A stretch of DNA of 64,000 nt from Trichoplax sp. H2 (Eukaryota): assembly GCA_003344405.1 (NCBI GenBank), contig NOWV01000174.1:1-64000 (forward strand). Reading direction: 5' to 3'. The notes beneath the pieces are model-generated. The model saw only the letters and a program-made list of their open reading frames with translations. It searched no databases and was not told the DNA's origin. Made by a program: the position numbers and the translations under genes. The stretch's first letter is position 1, and the number at the start of each line of letters is the position of its first letter. Positions 11,571 through 25,182 of this stretch are shown piece after piece.

Positions 11571-14500
11571 CTTCGTATTTCCTGTAGTATTCTATAACTT
11601 CACGTTTGATTGTTATCTCTTATCGGAATATTGCATTAGATATAAATTTCTTATAACTTCTTATGATTTTTCCAAAATGTAGATATAAACATCAAAATTA
11701 ATTTAATGACGATAATTAACTGTAAGAAAAATCTGTTACACTAACTCTATTTAACAAGCGGACAGATAAGGAAAAACTTTTTACAATAACAGATCTTAAA
11801 AAAAGGGGACTAATAATAATAATGACAGATGTGACGCAGATGCTTGAATAGGCTATTTAACTTTTTTACAACATGAAGATTTTGAAGATCACTTAACCCT
11901 TACAGAACTTAGTATGAGAACGAAATTGTATGATTGGCATTGCATTCTACGATACTAAAATCAATGTGCAGTCTTGAATTACTATAAGCATTACTCGTAT
12001 ATACCTGTTATTATCAATAGCTCTAGCTTTCATATCATTTTTAAGTTATATCAAGTTTACTTCTAAATAATATATTGCAACAATAATTTACCCAATAGCT
12101 ACATAACAGTAATTAGAATGAATATTCATCTTTAAATCTATTTTATTCCATTACTCTAGAAATTTTGTATCAAAGCATTCGTTTCCTCGATTGTAATTCG
12201 ATCAATTTATACCTAACAACTATAAAGGGCTAAACTTTGTATCTATTAAAAAAACTTTAAATAATGTTATTTCATTAGTACAGTCTTACTTCATTTTTTG
12301 ATATCACATTACTTGAGTAAATCACGGCCGTTCATTAATGTAGCAATAAATCTGCTCTAAAATAATTTCTTATTAAATTTTTCTTGAGAATCAGGCGATT
12401 TGAATTAAATACATTTGTTTTCTTTTACTTATTATGAAACGATAGTTTTGCAAAGCCCGCCGACAAGCTAACAGTGTATTATGCCGAGAAAATTTTTACG
12501 TAAATAAACCAAGATCATTAACGGTAAATTTAATCGAAATTTTAACTTGATACCCCTGATTTAAACTATTGCGTATTTCTTAGTCTACCTATCGCTGGCG
12601 AATAGAAGGTAGTATCTCAATATGAGTAGGTACGATAATTCTAAAGCTAAATACTCGAATTTATCACAACTTCAACAATAGAATCATGACATTCATAAAG
12701 CCATACTAAGGAAAATGGAAATTAAGATATCAGAGGTTAGCTTTATTTACATAGGACAAATAATTAATCATAAAACTAAAAGCATAAAGATAAAAACTTC
12801 AATTTGCTTTTTACAAATATAAATTATAATTTATTCAATATAGAGAAATTTGCTGCTTATTGCTAGTTTAATTCAGAATTATACTGTATTACAGCTGACA
12901 CTATATTTAAAAACAGTAATTGACAGAAAAGTTCTACGTTCAATAGCTGATATAAGTGAATAAGCAAAAAGTTTCACTTTAATTTTATTGATGTAAGTGG
13001 TTTTAACTTTATAATCTAACTCAGATAATTTCACAATTAGAATTCTCTACGAGAGACTTGCTCTAATCTGTATCATGATTACTATTATAGCTGGAAGAAT
13101 CAATACAATTTTTTAGAAAGAAAGCAAAGAAAAAGGAAGAAGAAAATGAAATGGTAAGACAATCCTAAAGCAGGTTTCAGTTCAGTAAATATCAAAAATT
13201 TTTTGGATACTTCGTGCAGTTAGTAGATCGATTAGTGCATGTAGATTGTCCTAAAATTAGCCATTATTGTGCAAATCCAACAACTGCATATATTTTATAC
13301 TTTTAACTTATGTAATTATTCAGAATTAGCTATGTTTCAGTGAATACTGATAGTGGTAAATTACTATACTTTAAGCAAAGTTGTTTGCTAATGAGAAACA
13401 AAACAAACTTCGTTTAGTCCTTTCCAAGCATTCAGTATAATTAGACACTTCTATAGAGAAATAGAACGGTTAAATATGATAAAAATTGTACTTTAGGCAC
13501 TTGCATAGCAGGTTAAATCTCTAAATTCAAAACTTTTGCTTTAATTCGAACATTAACCGGATCGAGTTTTAGTCATGACATTAACAGTTTGTTAAGTAAA
13601 TATCAATCCGTATATAGACACGATTTAGTACAGAAAGGACAATATATTATGCCAATATTATAGAATGTTTTCATATTGTATAGAACAAGATCAGAAGTCT
13701 TCTAATAGTAGGGATTTCCATTAATTATTACTAATCAGCTAAATGAAAAAATTGAATACCTACACTCTTGCAATCCAAAGAATAATTCTTGGACAGAATG
13801 AAAATGCCTTATTAATGTAAGCTAGTATCATGAAGTTAGCGACGATTACAATTGCCATATTCAATTTTATGGTAATGAAGATTGTACTGTATTAGTTAAT
13901 ATAAATTATAAAAAATGAGATTACGCTTTTTGCTCTCTAGGTTAAAGGACATTCTGGAGATTTATGCAATCTTTAATATTTCTATTATCTAAATACAGAA
14001 ATAGAGAGGAATTCTTAAAACAATCAGTTAATCATAACTACATAGTTGACTATGACGTAGTAATTTGTTAAATTACAACTTCAATCTGTAATACTGGGTA
14101 ACTTCATCAACATAAGGTTGGCTCTATTTTATATAGGAGAATACATATAATTATAATCACTTGGCAATGACTGATACCAAGATTAACTAGCGACGTGCCT
14201 ATTTACCAATCCTAAAAAATGATTAATATCGCATTCGAAAATCTTGTTTCTAATCTCATTCCAAGCTTTTCGAGATGCATCCTGCTGGCTTATAGTATAC
14301 TAGTCAAAATACCCTAATATTTTTGCTTTTTAGTTTAATGAAGATTATGCGATTGAGAATAGCCATAAGCTTATAAATATATTGGATCAATGATTTTTAA
14401 CGGTATTTGGCGCTTCCGTGCAAGTGTACTTTTATAAGATTAACTAAACCTACGAAGCTAATATCGCAAAGAGTGAAATCAATATCTATTTAGTTGCCGC

Positions 14501-17116
14501 TTTAATAAAATATCGCACTAAAAATGCAATGATGAATAGATGATACAACTTCAAGAAAAATTTTAAATTATTAATGCTTCTATACATTAATTTAATAAAA
14601 ATGTGCTAATTAATTAAAATTTCTGTCTACCATGTGTAGTATATTGTAATAGACCATAAAGTATCGAACTACATGATATTATAATTCTATTCTCATATTC
14701 ATAATCGTTTATTCCTTTAATTCATAAGATTGGAATCCATTATACTTAATTAAATCGTAAAAATAATGCAAACGTATAAGGTTCAAAAGTAGTAGTAATA
14801 ATACAATAATTGTTATATTTAAATATAATCTAATATGACAGTTATATAGGTATTTGCTACCCACATAATATTAACAGAATAGCAAATGCTGTTTCAAAGC
14901 TTTACTGGCAAATTATATCAATATTATTATTAAGGTGCAGATTATATACGTGTAACAATAATGTAATTGCCGTTATATCGGGAGTTTTTTAATAGAAACA
15001 GCTCAAAAAGACATTAAAATAAGATTTAATGCTAGTAAAACATGCTAAAATATCTGTAAAGATAATTAATTTTAGAATTAATACACGTAATATCTATTTC
15101 ACTTAATTTAAAAATGGTTGCTATAGCACAATAATAATTACAATCTACCGTTAAATAACATGTGTAGATATGTCAATACAACAGATGAATAAAGATGCAG
15201 AAAACTTTCCAAGATTAAGATTCTGTATTAATAGCTATATAAAATTTCAAAAAGTAATGAAGTTTTAAATCACTTGAATCTAATATATTTATTAGACTTA
15301 AAATAATAATATATCAGGATAGAAATCTATTGGTAATTTATTTGTTTATAACTCAACAGGTACGACAGTCAAAGTCAACAACTCGAATTAAGGACTTCAC
15401 GCTAACAAATATATTCAATATATCTTTACGTTACAAGTTATCAAATCTAAAATTGTAATATGATAAGACATACTGGTATATATTTTATTAATATTAGTTA
15501 TGGTTTGAGGCAGTAAGTATGATAATGTAATTGATTTAGAAATAGACAGTTGTAAATATTATGGCAAAATTGTAATATTCAACCGATAATGGATTTCCAT
15601 TAACGACTGTGTAGATTTCGGTTAAGTACTATTTAAAATATGTATAATAATCAAAATGGCGGTTTTCACACTTTTATGCAATCTTTTAGGCACTAAGCGG
15701 ATTTAATTTGGCACATAATATGTTAATTAATACATATATATGCTCTAAAATAATTAATATAATTAAATGTGTGTAGAAAAAGACTATATCACGGTATAGG
15801 AAATAATTAACGGATTGTGCAGGTGGAGTTTGGAACAAGTGTATAAGGAAGCGTATTTGTAGATAAAAAGGGAATAATTTAAGCGCTAGAGTGGAATAAC
15901 AGTTGAATAAAATAGCTTTGTAATATTACCTAGTAAACTTCTAGACTGACTCTCACTGTTGACTAAGGTCCTTCACGAAGGTAGTGAAAGTAGTGACGCT
16001 TGGTAACAGATTTACAATACGGTAGTAGGTTTTACAGGTAACCATAGAAGAAGAATTCATTGCAACAAACGAAATTTGTAACAATATTCCATATTCTATT
16101 TGCCAGAATCGAATTTTATCGCGGTAGTTTTTAGACTTTCTAATAAAATGTTAGCTCTGAAGGCTTGCACGATAGCCTGAATTAACATTTAATGCTTTCA
16201 TTCAGATATCTGGACTTTCCGCTAAATTCTACAATTCAAGCCTATTGCCACTTTTGTATTGCTTTATCATGATATTTTTATTTAATGTTAAGATTAGAAT
16301 TCGGCTATTACGTAATAATTTTCTATTAAAACTTGATTATTATGCCGTAGTTATTATGATTTTCACATGGTAGATCAAGTATATTTGGTTCACAGTTGCG
16401 TTTATAAATCGTTACAGATCATCACATACATACTAGCTAAAAATTGATATATTTATTAGCTGTGACTGCATTTTTATCGATAAAAGCGTTAACAATCCTT
16501 GATATAATCAACTGAGATTGTTTGATATCGGCAAGAATGATTTAAACAATTTCCTTAATTTAGTAGCGCAAGAGAAGCATAATTATTACAGAGTCTGCAT
16601 TTTTGTGATAGAAATCTTAGTAATTTTTGTAGCCTTCATTTAGCGATTATTTTATAATTTCAATATCCATATGAGCGGCTTAAAAGCAACTTCGAGTTGT
16701 AAGAGATAACTTCTACATAAAATTATTATTATCTCTACAATTCTAATTAAAAATTTCAAGGGTGGTCTAGATTATCAACTTTTACTTTACGTCCAAACAG
16801 ATTTCAGTGATTCAGATAAAACTTTTAGCATACTGTAACTATCATAAGAGACATTTCACCATATTGATTTACGTATTCTATCACTTTTAATATAATGGGA
16901 AAAATATTGTAAACTATATGCAATAAGGTGTGCTTTATATTGAAGATGACGAAAAGTGCCAACTATAATTAAATTAGGTGCTAAATTTAGACAGACCGTC
17001 TTCTTAGAGTATAAACATATTTTTCTTGCCTAAATCGCTGAGATATCAAAGGATTGCATTCGAAAGTTTATCTATTTTAGATAATTAAACCGTATGTAAT
17101 CTATGTTCTTGAACAA

Positions 17117-17809
17117 ATGGCTTACTTTAGGTCACTGATAACCAACTTTATAGTTTTATTGAATTTCTCTTATAGTGTTATTAGTCAGGGAAATAATAAT
17201 GATAACCCTTTTCCTTGGTGGATATTTATTTCATCTTATCCTACTCCATTTGCCAACAGATGTAATGGTCAACAAGCTAGACGATCATGTAATTTATGTA
17301 TTCATAGCCATCCCAGCTGTTATTGGTGTAACTATGATAATACTTGTAGAATGTTGCCAACGGGAAGAACTCATCCCTATCCAGGAGATTGTCCTAATGA
17401 TGAATGGCATCTTAACCAATGTATCATCAATGGTAGTGTATTTGTCTACCTTATTCCTGTTGCTATCGTTATCGTAGCAATAGGTATAACTATTATCATT
17501 TACTGTTGCTGTTGTCGTTACCAATCAAGAGAAAATGTCACATCGTTACCTAAAATCACTACACCCAATAGGCAAAGTAAGAAGACCAAGCAGTCAAGAC
17601 TGAAAAGCCAACAAATTCACGAATCTATTCGTTCAAAATATAAGCTCAGATCTGTTGCTGGTTTGACTAGAGGTTCTTCGGATGATAGCTTCTCCTGGGA
17701 AGATCCAAATAGGATCACTTCCAGTCGGTCATCGCTTGGAGCTAAAATGAAATTATTTCGATATAAGAAATTAAACGACGACGATTCTGTTATTAGTTCA
17801 TTAGTGTAA
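17117..17809 (+). CDS. PTTG1IP/PBF-like type I membrane protein (signal peptide, PSI domain, TM, Cys cluster, basic tail), 230 aa, single coding exon
   Basis: ORF with PSI pattern SCNLCIHSHPSCYWCNYDNTC..P..CPNDEWHLNQC, hydrophobic TM, YCCCCR, and ESIRSKYKL resembling the PTTG1IP 'DEIRKKYGL' motif; late YKKL. Confidence 0.85.
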   Translation: MAYFRSLITNFIVLLNFSYSVISQGNNNDNPFPWWIFISSYPTPFANRCNGQQARRSCNLCIHSHPSCYWCNYDNTCRMLPTGRTHPYPGDCPNDEWHLNQCIINGSVFVYLIPVAIVIVAIGITIIIYCCCCRYQSRENVTSLPKITTPNRQSKKTKQSRLKSQQIHESIRSKYKLRSVAGLTRGSSDDSFSWEDPNRITSSRSSLGAKMKLFRYKKLNDDDSVISSLV

Positions 17810-18764
17810 GCATCTTCCTCGTCTTTGATACAAAATATTTATTTAACATTTTACTATTTCGCTACCAATTTAATTTCATATCTTGAATAATATTACAACC
17901 TGCCTTCACAATCAGGAAATAGGGCAAAATAGTATAATTTTCTATTTACTACTTATAAATTTTACTCTAGTTTTCTGCCTGAAACTGCTTCCTATGATTC
18001 AGTATCGGATGGATTAAATCTCTTAACTCATACTACTACTCTTATTCAAATAACATTTGATTGCTACCACTACATCTAAGTAAAGATAAACGAGCAGCTG
18101 TTAACAACAAAAAAAATAGTAATCAGAATAACATGTCATCAGTGAGTTTTTACTCTAAAATTTCGATCATTCACGCTATACTATAGTTTTATAGTGATAG
18201 AAAACTGCATTTATGATGTATGCATCTTGCGATAACCTTATTTACAATTTCAGAAATAAAAATGTACGAATGCCCCTACAGTATGTCAATACCATCACGA
18301 CCAGTATTTGTCAGGATTATATACTGTAAGATTTATCAAGAGTAGCTTAGTAATTAACAATATAATAATTTCTAAAAACTGACCTGAAGAATAAATGTAA
18401 CAAGATCTAGTAAATTATATATGAGAGTATACTTTAATATATAATATTTATAAATTCATTTTGCAGTATTGATACTGTGATTGCGCTTAAATTGTGCTTG
18501 GAAGGTACATGAAATCTAAATTTACAGGCAACTCATGTAATGCTGTAAGGTCAAATAAAGCTGTTTATAATTTAAATCTGTACTTATTCTTTTATCAAAA
18601 CAAAATCTTGATTCTGGCCGGGGCGCTGAAAGATTAATATAATAGATCTTGTAAAACAAAATTGATTAAATTTTATTATGGCTACACTGCCTCTGTTGCA
18701 AATAGCTTAAGGTTCAAGAAGGACATTTTATCAGCATTTAAATATAAATATTTCTGTATATGCG

Positions 18765-19166
18765 TGTTACTAATCTACTTCTTTGTAACAAGAAACCGGG
18801 TCTTAAAACACTATCTTCACTAGTACTTGTGTTCCCAACTAACTTAGGGACCTATCGTAGTTGAACTAACTCTCAGCTACATAAAAAAACTACTATTGAG
18901 TAATAGGTTTAAATACTTTACTTTATTTTCGTTAACCTTAATCGTAAAATGTACCAAAGAAAAACGTAAGAATATTCTTAGCAATAATAGTCACAAGATC
19001 CTGCAAATGACTAACTGGAACTGAGAAGCTAAGCTAGTGCTCCGCTTTTTATAGTCTCGCCGATGGTACACTTGTGAATATTCTTGAAATAGCGGCTTAC
19101 ACTGTACAGTATACATATCCTAGTATAGCAACTAGAGCCTCAAGGCTCTGCAAAGTAATTGATCTT
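18765..19166 (-). mobile_element. LTR-like insertion present in only one copy of the duplication, truncated by the gap
   Basis: Begins TGTTAC exactly where the two copies diverge. On the minus strand there is TATAAAA (~19047-19053), then AATAAA (~18922-18927), then terminal GTAACA: U3-R-U5-like order. Confidence 0.6.
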
Positions 19167-19186
19167 NNNNNNNNNNNNNNNNNNNN
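19167..19186. other. Assembly gap (20 N)
   Basis: Run of n. Confidence 1.
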
Positions 19187-19793
19187 TGAAAGATTAATAT
19201 AATAGATCTTGTAAAACAAAATTGATTAAATTTTATTATGGCTACACTACCTCTGTTGCAAATAGCTTAAGGTTCAAGAAGGACATTTTATCAGCATTTA
19301 AATATAAATATTTCTGTATATGCGTTCATTTATTGTCTAGCATAATGCAGTGTTTAAAGTTTATATACAAATCATTTATGATGATAAACAATAATGATTT
19401 TATCCTATCAAATAGCTTAGTATCCCTTCCTTTAAAAAGAAGTTACTAAATCTTAAATTCGACCTTTGTTATGACTTATAGGTCTTACAGTTCTAATTTT
19501 TGAATGTAAGAAATACAGTAATACTATTTCATCATGAAAGCCTTCGAGCATATGACTTTAAGAATCTGTCTGGAAAAAACTTCCGTTGCAAACTAGAAAT
19601 TGGTGGTATTAGTCTTACAAGCCATGTTATTACACATAATTCTAGATATCCACTTAGGTCAAAGTCATTATGCTTGTTTTTCATGTCGAAAATGACTAAT
19701 TTTAATTCTAGCTGATTGATGAACGATCTATTTAAGCAAGATTAGAATAAGCCTATTACCGAATAACTTTCGTACAGCAATCGTATTGCTCTC

Positions 19794-20209
19794 TGTAAGA
19801 CAGTGTAATAATGCATTCTAAGTTGGTGATATATTTAGTAATGTCTACCGTAGGTGTTGTGTTCAACATGTGATAGATATTTTCGTTAGAAGCTAAAGTA
19901 TGAAATATAGCTAGCTTAGTAACTGTAATCCTTTTGAAGAGAAGCGCTACAGTGCTCACACTAGAGCTTCACAAGAAAGGTGTAAACTATCCTGTATTTG
20001 AGATGCTAATACTGAAGTGTGTAGTAAGTAAGGTGCTAAGTCTGTAAACGTGGAAAGGTATATAGGCGAGTGGTTTAGTATAGTAAGCTAGTTCTTTATC
20101 GTTAGAGGTCCTCAGCTAATCGATTACGTTGTATCTTCGTAAAACAGGTTTTATTCAATAAATCTTAATTTTCTAAACTTTTGAAGATTCTTGATCTATC
20201 AACCTTACA
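19794..20209 (+). mobile_element. Solo LTR (416 bp) with 5-bp target-site duplication CTCTC
   Basis: Termini TGTAAG...CTTACA (perfect 6-bp inverted repeat, TG..CA); CTCTC at 19789-19793 and 20210-20214; TATATA at 20059 and AATAAA at 20157. Confidence 0.8.
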
Positions 20210-21763
20210 CTCTCATAAGATATCTTATTTAGTATGGTCTCTTTACTTTTCATGCTGTAATTTTAATCTATCTCTTTACAAATTTCGATTTGTAACGTTG
20301 CAGTTGAAAGAAATGTTTCATTAGTTAAAAATTATTCATAAATTGGTTTATTTATACGATATATTGGCCTTCTTTATCGTTATATTTCATTCTTTACTTT
20401 GAAAATAACAATACTCGTATTATGATCTATATTATTTACAAGGCATATTTGAATGTTAAAAACATCATTTTCGTCGGTCAAAATTTGAAATATTTTTTTC
20501 CATATCATCTTGCAACACCTATTGCAGCTGAAATGGTAATAGTCCTATTTAGTGAAACTTGGCTGATCTTGTAATAGGCCATCTGATTCATTAAATTTAT
20601 TTAGAAATATGAGTATACAGTAAAACCTACTAAATTGCTAGATAACCTTTAGTTATTACTGTAGTCGATGATATCAATTTTACTACTTCTCATTTTAAGC
20701 ACTAATTACAGTGTTGTCTGCTATTGCAAGTAATCGTTTGGATCCCCATCAATACATTAATACCATAGGGAAAATAATGAATGGTAAACTTACCTTATAA
20801 GAATAATTTCATAAGCGTAAATAAAATAAGATTTAAAGACCTATCTGCTGGAATAATTGAAACAAAATACTTAAACAGATGTTTTTGGTAACCTCATTAA
20901 TTGGGGATGTTCCCATAAACAGCACTCATAATATAGGAAAATAAGGAAAACGTGAATATGATGAAATGAAACGAAGCCATTAATTAGAGCTTACTAAACA
21001 TATTACCAAAGTTTGGATATTCAACAGTAATTATTAAGGTAAAATGATCTAATATAATAATATTATAAGTAGAAGTCACTATATTTATTGACCGACGCTT
21101 AAGCTTTACTTTTAAATAAGAACAGGTTTAGGTTTGAATTACTTTTAACTTTGTTCAAAGACTAACAAAGAAACCTTCTTGTAGTGACTACACGTCCCTG
21201 TACATATGATCATGCATAGAATGATGGCTTTCCATTTGTCTCCATAATTTTGCACAAAATTCTTTAGACAAAGCGTACAAAGATTGCATGCAAAATGACG
21301 AAAGCTAGCATTTATCGAGATAAAATTTCAATGCTATGTATATTTTCCTATACAAGACAAACAAGATAGATATCAAATCTTATTTGCATAAATTTACGTC
21401 TTCATTCAATACGATTGGATTAAGATAAATTTTATTGTAAGATTTGAAAAGATCGTCCTAAAAGGAGGATTAAGAAATGACCATAAATTAAATTAAAATA
21501 CGGCAAGATATCTTAATTGATATCAACATATGTTTTTACGTAGCTGCAATCAAATTCTGTTTGATGCCTAGATTAGAAGTTGACGCTGTTTTCGATGAGA
21601 TTTTCATTAATAATTGTAAAATTCTCAATCCCAATACCCAATACATGCAGTGCCATATTATTAGATCTGAATAATTTAAGAGTGTACTTCCAAGAACACC
21701 CTAATTACACATTATTATTGAAGCAGAGTGTTCGAATTGATTTTTCTGCTAACTATAGGCAGT

Positions 21764-22435
21764 ATGGTGTATAAACCTCTCTATCAAGTATGGATAACCC
21801 AATCCTTCATCATACTTTCTTATTGGACGTATTTCAATCAAGGCCAGACTCCTATAGATCCATGCTTAGCTTTTGAAACTTGTAATGCATGCATCGGCGA
21901 TCCTAGACGCTGCTACTGGTGCAACTCTGACAGCTACTGTCGCAGTTTGCCTGCTCGCTCAAATACACCATTTCTTGGCGAATGCTTAAATGAAGCTTAT
22001 CAAGTGAATCAATGTATCTTTTCAACTAATTTAACGGTTATCATCATTGCAGTAGTCGGTTCTGTAGCGGCTATATGTTTTAGCTGGATAGTTTATTGCT
22101 ATTGTTGTCGCGATCGAAATCGTGATAAATACGACATACAAATTAGAAATTATGCTCGTATTAAACGTGAAAGAAGGCGGCGTTATTACGAGACTAAAAA
22201 TCAACGACGCAGCTATTCTGATTCGATAAGGCAGAAATACAGTTTACCGTCAGCAGGTTCAACACGAGCAAGAACAAGCAGTCAACGTTCATGGATTTCT
22301 GGTAGAAGAGGAGGTCCATCGTTTTTGTCTAGGATATTTTCATCTAATCATCAAAGCCAAAGCGACCACAACATGGCTACACCAGCAAGTAGAAGGCAGT
22401 TAGAAATATCACATCTTGGGCTAACAACAGTGTAG
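21764..22435 (+). CDS. Second PTTG1IP/PBF-like PSI-domain membrane protein, 223 aa from first ATG, single coding exon
   Basis: TCNACIGDPRRCYWCNSDSYC..P..ECLNEAYQVNQC, TM, YCYCCR, Arg-rich tail with DSIRQKYSL. The track's GTG start at 21728 is replaced by the in-frame ATG at 21764, just after an acceptor-like ctatag. Confidence 0.85.
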   Translation: MVYKPLYQVWITQSFIILSYWTYFNQGQTPIDPCLAFETCNACIGDPRRCYWCNSDSYCRSLPARSNTPFLGECLNEAYQVNQCIFSTNLTVIIIAVVGSVAAICFSWIVYCYCCRDRNRDKYDIQIRNYARIKRERRRRYYETKNQRRSYSDSIRQKYSLPSAGSTRARTSSQRSWISGRRGGPSFLSRIFSSNHQSQSDHNMATPASRRQLEISHLGLTTV

Positions 22436-25182
22436 CAGTCTTGAACTTTATCTTGGAATTATTTCTAAATTTATTAGTCTTTCAATAACAACGTAAACTT
22501 CCAGCAACATTAACTGTTAACAGAGGCATATTTGAGATCTAGATTGACAAGAAGACAAGCTAAAAAGATCTAAGCTGTGTTATAATATGATTGTTACGGA
22601 GCAAAGCACCGTACTTGCTAATTAAATAGATTTTGTCAGTATTTAGCTAATGGATCATATTGAGTTCCTTATTAGATCGTGTACGAGAAGGTACTCGGCT
22701 ACTCTACTAATAAAAACTATACTAATCTTTTAGAACAGTCTTATCCCTGTGTGACCAAAAGTAGTAAAGAACTACCATACAGTAGATCTCCAGGTGTAGT
22801 GGAACAAGGCATAAGTAATCTATTAGTTTAGTGTAATAGTTCGCAACATAAGTTTGTGACAATGATATAATTAAATAAAATGTCCATCAGAAGACAGTTG
22901 CTCGTACAATAACAAGATTGAGTAGTTAGTGTTTTTTCATGTAATTTTTATCCATGGGATCAAATTGTAATAACTTTAGTTTATGAGTAGAGTTATAATG
23001 ATCCCAGCTGATTGCAATAGTGCAGTATGTGGATAACACGATGGAATGGCGTACTGTACGGTACTCTTTTTATTGAGAATTACTAGATTTAGAAAACTCA
23101 AACTTGGGTTACGTAAGCAAATCTACACTAATGGTAGGAGACTATTGCACGGCCATTATAAGAATTTTAATGAAGATATCTTTCTCCAGCTGATACCTAA
23201 AATTGTTACTAATTTTCACAGATACACAAAGATCAAGACACGACAATTTCTTATGTACAATCAAAAATTTTTAGTAACATTTTTGCTATAAATACTACGT
23301 GCTGTGTTCTTAAACTGGCGGAATAATCTTGAAAATGTATAATATTCGTACATGTTCAAAATTCCTAAATCATCAACATGTAGAAAATTAAGATCGAACT
23401 TGCGCTATATGATGCATAATATAATAGATCTAATGATATTTAAATGTAACAGGATTACGAAATCGCTTTAAACTATAGCTCAATTTTAAAATTATTATTT
23501 TACGGATGTACGTACAACTTTTAAGTACTTGAAACCGAATACGATTGCAATGTAAAATCTTACCATACTTATACACAATTAGAACCCGTTTAGCTTTTAC
23601 CGCAAATTATTGATCTTCAATTTGCAAAGATACGAGAATTGAAATACCTAAAGTTATTTAGCAACGATTATTGTCTTTCATCGATGAACCCGTAGAGTAC
23701 AGTACCGATTGATTAAAATTTTATAAATAGTCCAAATTTTCTAATTTAATAGTCTATATCTAATTTATTTATAAGGGTATCTCGATCTGATTTCATCATT
23801 TTAATATCAGTTATTTTATTACAAGTGACTTACAGTGCAAGCATGTATCATATCTACTTATCTTGAATTTCTTAGTTACCTACTCAACATTAATCATGCT
23901 ATAGTTATTGAACATGGGCATTCCCACGCTGATTTAATTTAGGCTATAAGTACAAACGTATTTAATATACTCGGCTAATGTTGGCGTAGTAATAATTAAT
24001 TAGTTTTAAAGCATGTTTGAATCATCATGAAAATATTAAACGCAAATTAGTTTTATCATTTTTCTTAATTGCTTAAAAAATAATTGGGTGCAATATAAAG
24101 ATTACTTTTCTCAATGATTTGTATTAATTTAAATCTCAATACGTTACTTTACGTACGAATGTTTATTATTTAAGGTCTACCCATTATAAATATTATTCTT
24201 GTATTGGTCGATATTCCTAAAAGCTGTAAAATGAATTAATTCTAGTATAAAATACAAAGGTATCATTTACAAAATATGTCGGCAACTTTTCGGGCATCAT
24301 GTCTTGCATGCGTTAAAATTGACTTTCTTACAGTCATTTTTTACGAAATTTGATATGTAAATTAATTTCATGCACATTCGCGATTACTACACAAATATCC
24401 TATTGTAGCAAATCATATCAGGGATGCTTACGCTTTTCTTGAAACCGTTGACCGCTACAATCTCGTCCACAAATGGGTGGCTAATTTTATTCAGAGGTAC
24501 GCATTTATACAACAAGACTGAGTAAGTTGGTCTATAACAATTGAAATCGATAAACTTTGCACTGATAATTCATGTATCAACGGAAAATAATCATCTCTTT
24601 CCAAGGAATAATAGCAGAATGTCTTCAGTTCTTAGTGGTGAAAATTTGCCAGTTCGATTACCAATAGGTATTCACTTAAGACTATCTTTAGAACACATAC
24701 TTACAGTACTGTACGTGAAATAATAATTACTCACCAGCAAGAGCCAGTTATCTGCTTGGTTACGATATGCATGGGTATAAATTTCCCAGTCAAGGTCACA
24801 ATTTAAATCAGAAATAGATTATAGCATCAGCAAGAAATTTTCTATACCACAGTAGTTAGATTTGGTATGTCAGAATTAATATATTGAGTCATTAATTCGT
24901 GAACAAGGGTGAGCGTATACGCCAATATAATATAAAATTTTTTTATGATATAAAATTAGTCTTTAGTATATTTCATGATCCTACCACATAATCATGTCTT
25001 GAAAAAATTTTTTAAAACATTAGCTGCTAAAAGGACAGTGAATAACTATACATTACTTGTATATACAGTTATACTTTGTTCTGCTATTAAGACAATCACT
25101 GAAGAGATATAACAATAACGATCTCTATTTTACGAAATAAATTGCCGAATAAAATTAGTAGACTGCAGGTATAAAAAATTCA

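Larger units (their letters stand above)
18627..19325 (+). repeat. 139-bp duplication (18627-18765 and 19187-19325) across the second assembly gap
   Basis: Identical apart from one substitution (acactgcc vs acactacc); 20 N at 19167-19186. Confidence 0.93.

Noticed and set aside
15721..16008. LTR-like segment (TGTTA...GGTAACA with AATAAA)
   Set aside because: Flanks do not form a TSD and the boundaries are ambiguous.
17175..17524. Overlapping alternative-frame and antisense ORFs in the first PTTG1IP-like gene
   Set aside because: Shadow ORFs with no recognisable motifs.
22592..22848. TGTTACG...CGCAACA LTR-like segment
   Set aside because: Flanks ATGAT and TAAGT do not match; insufficient support.
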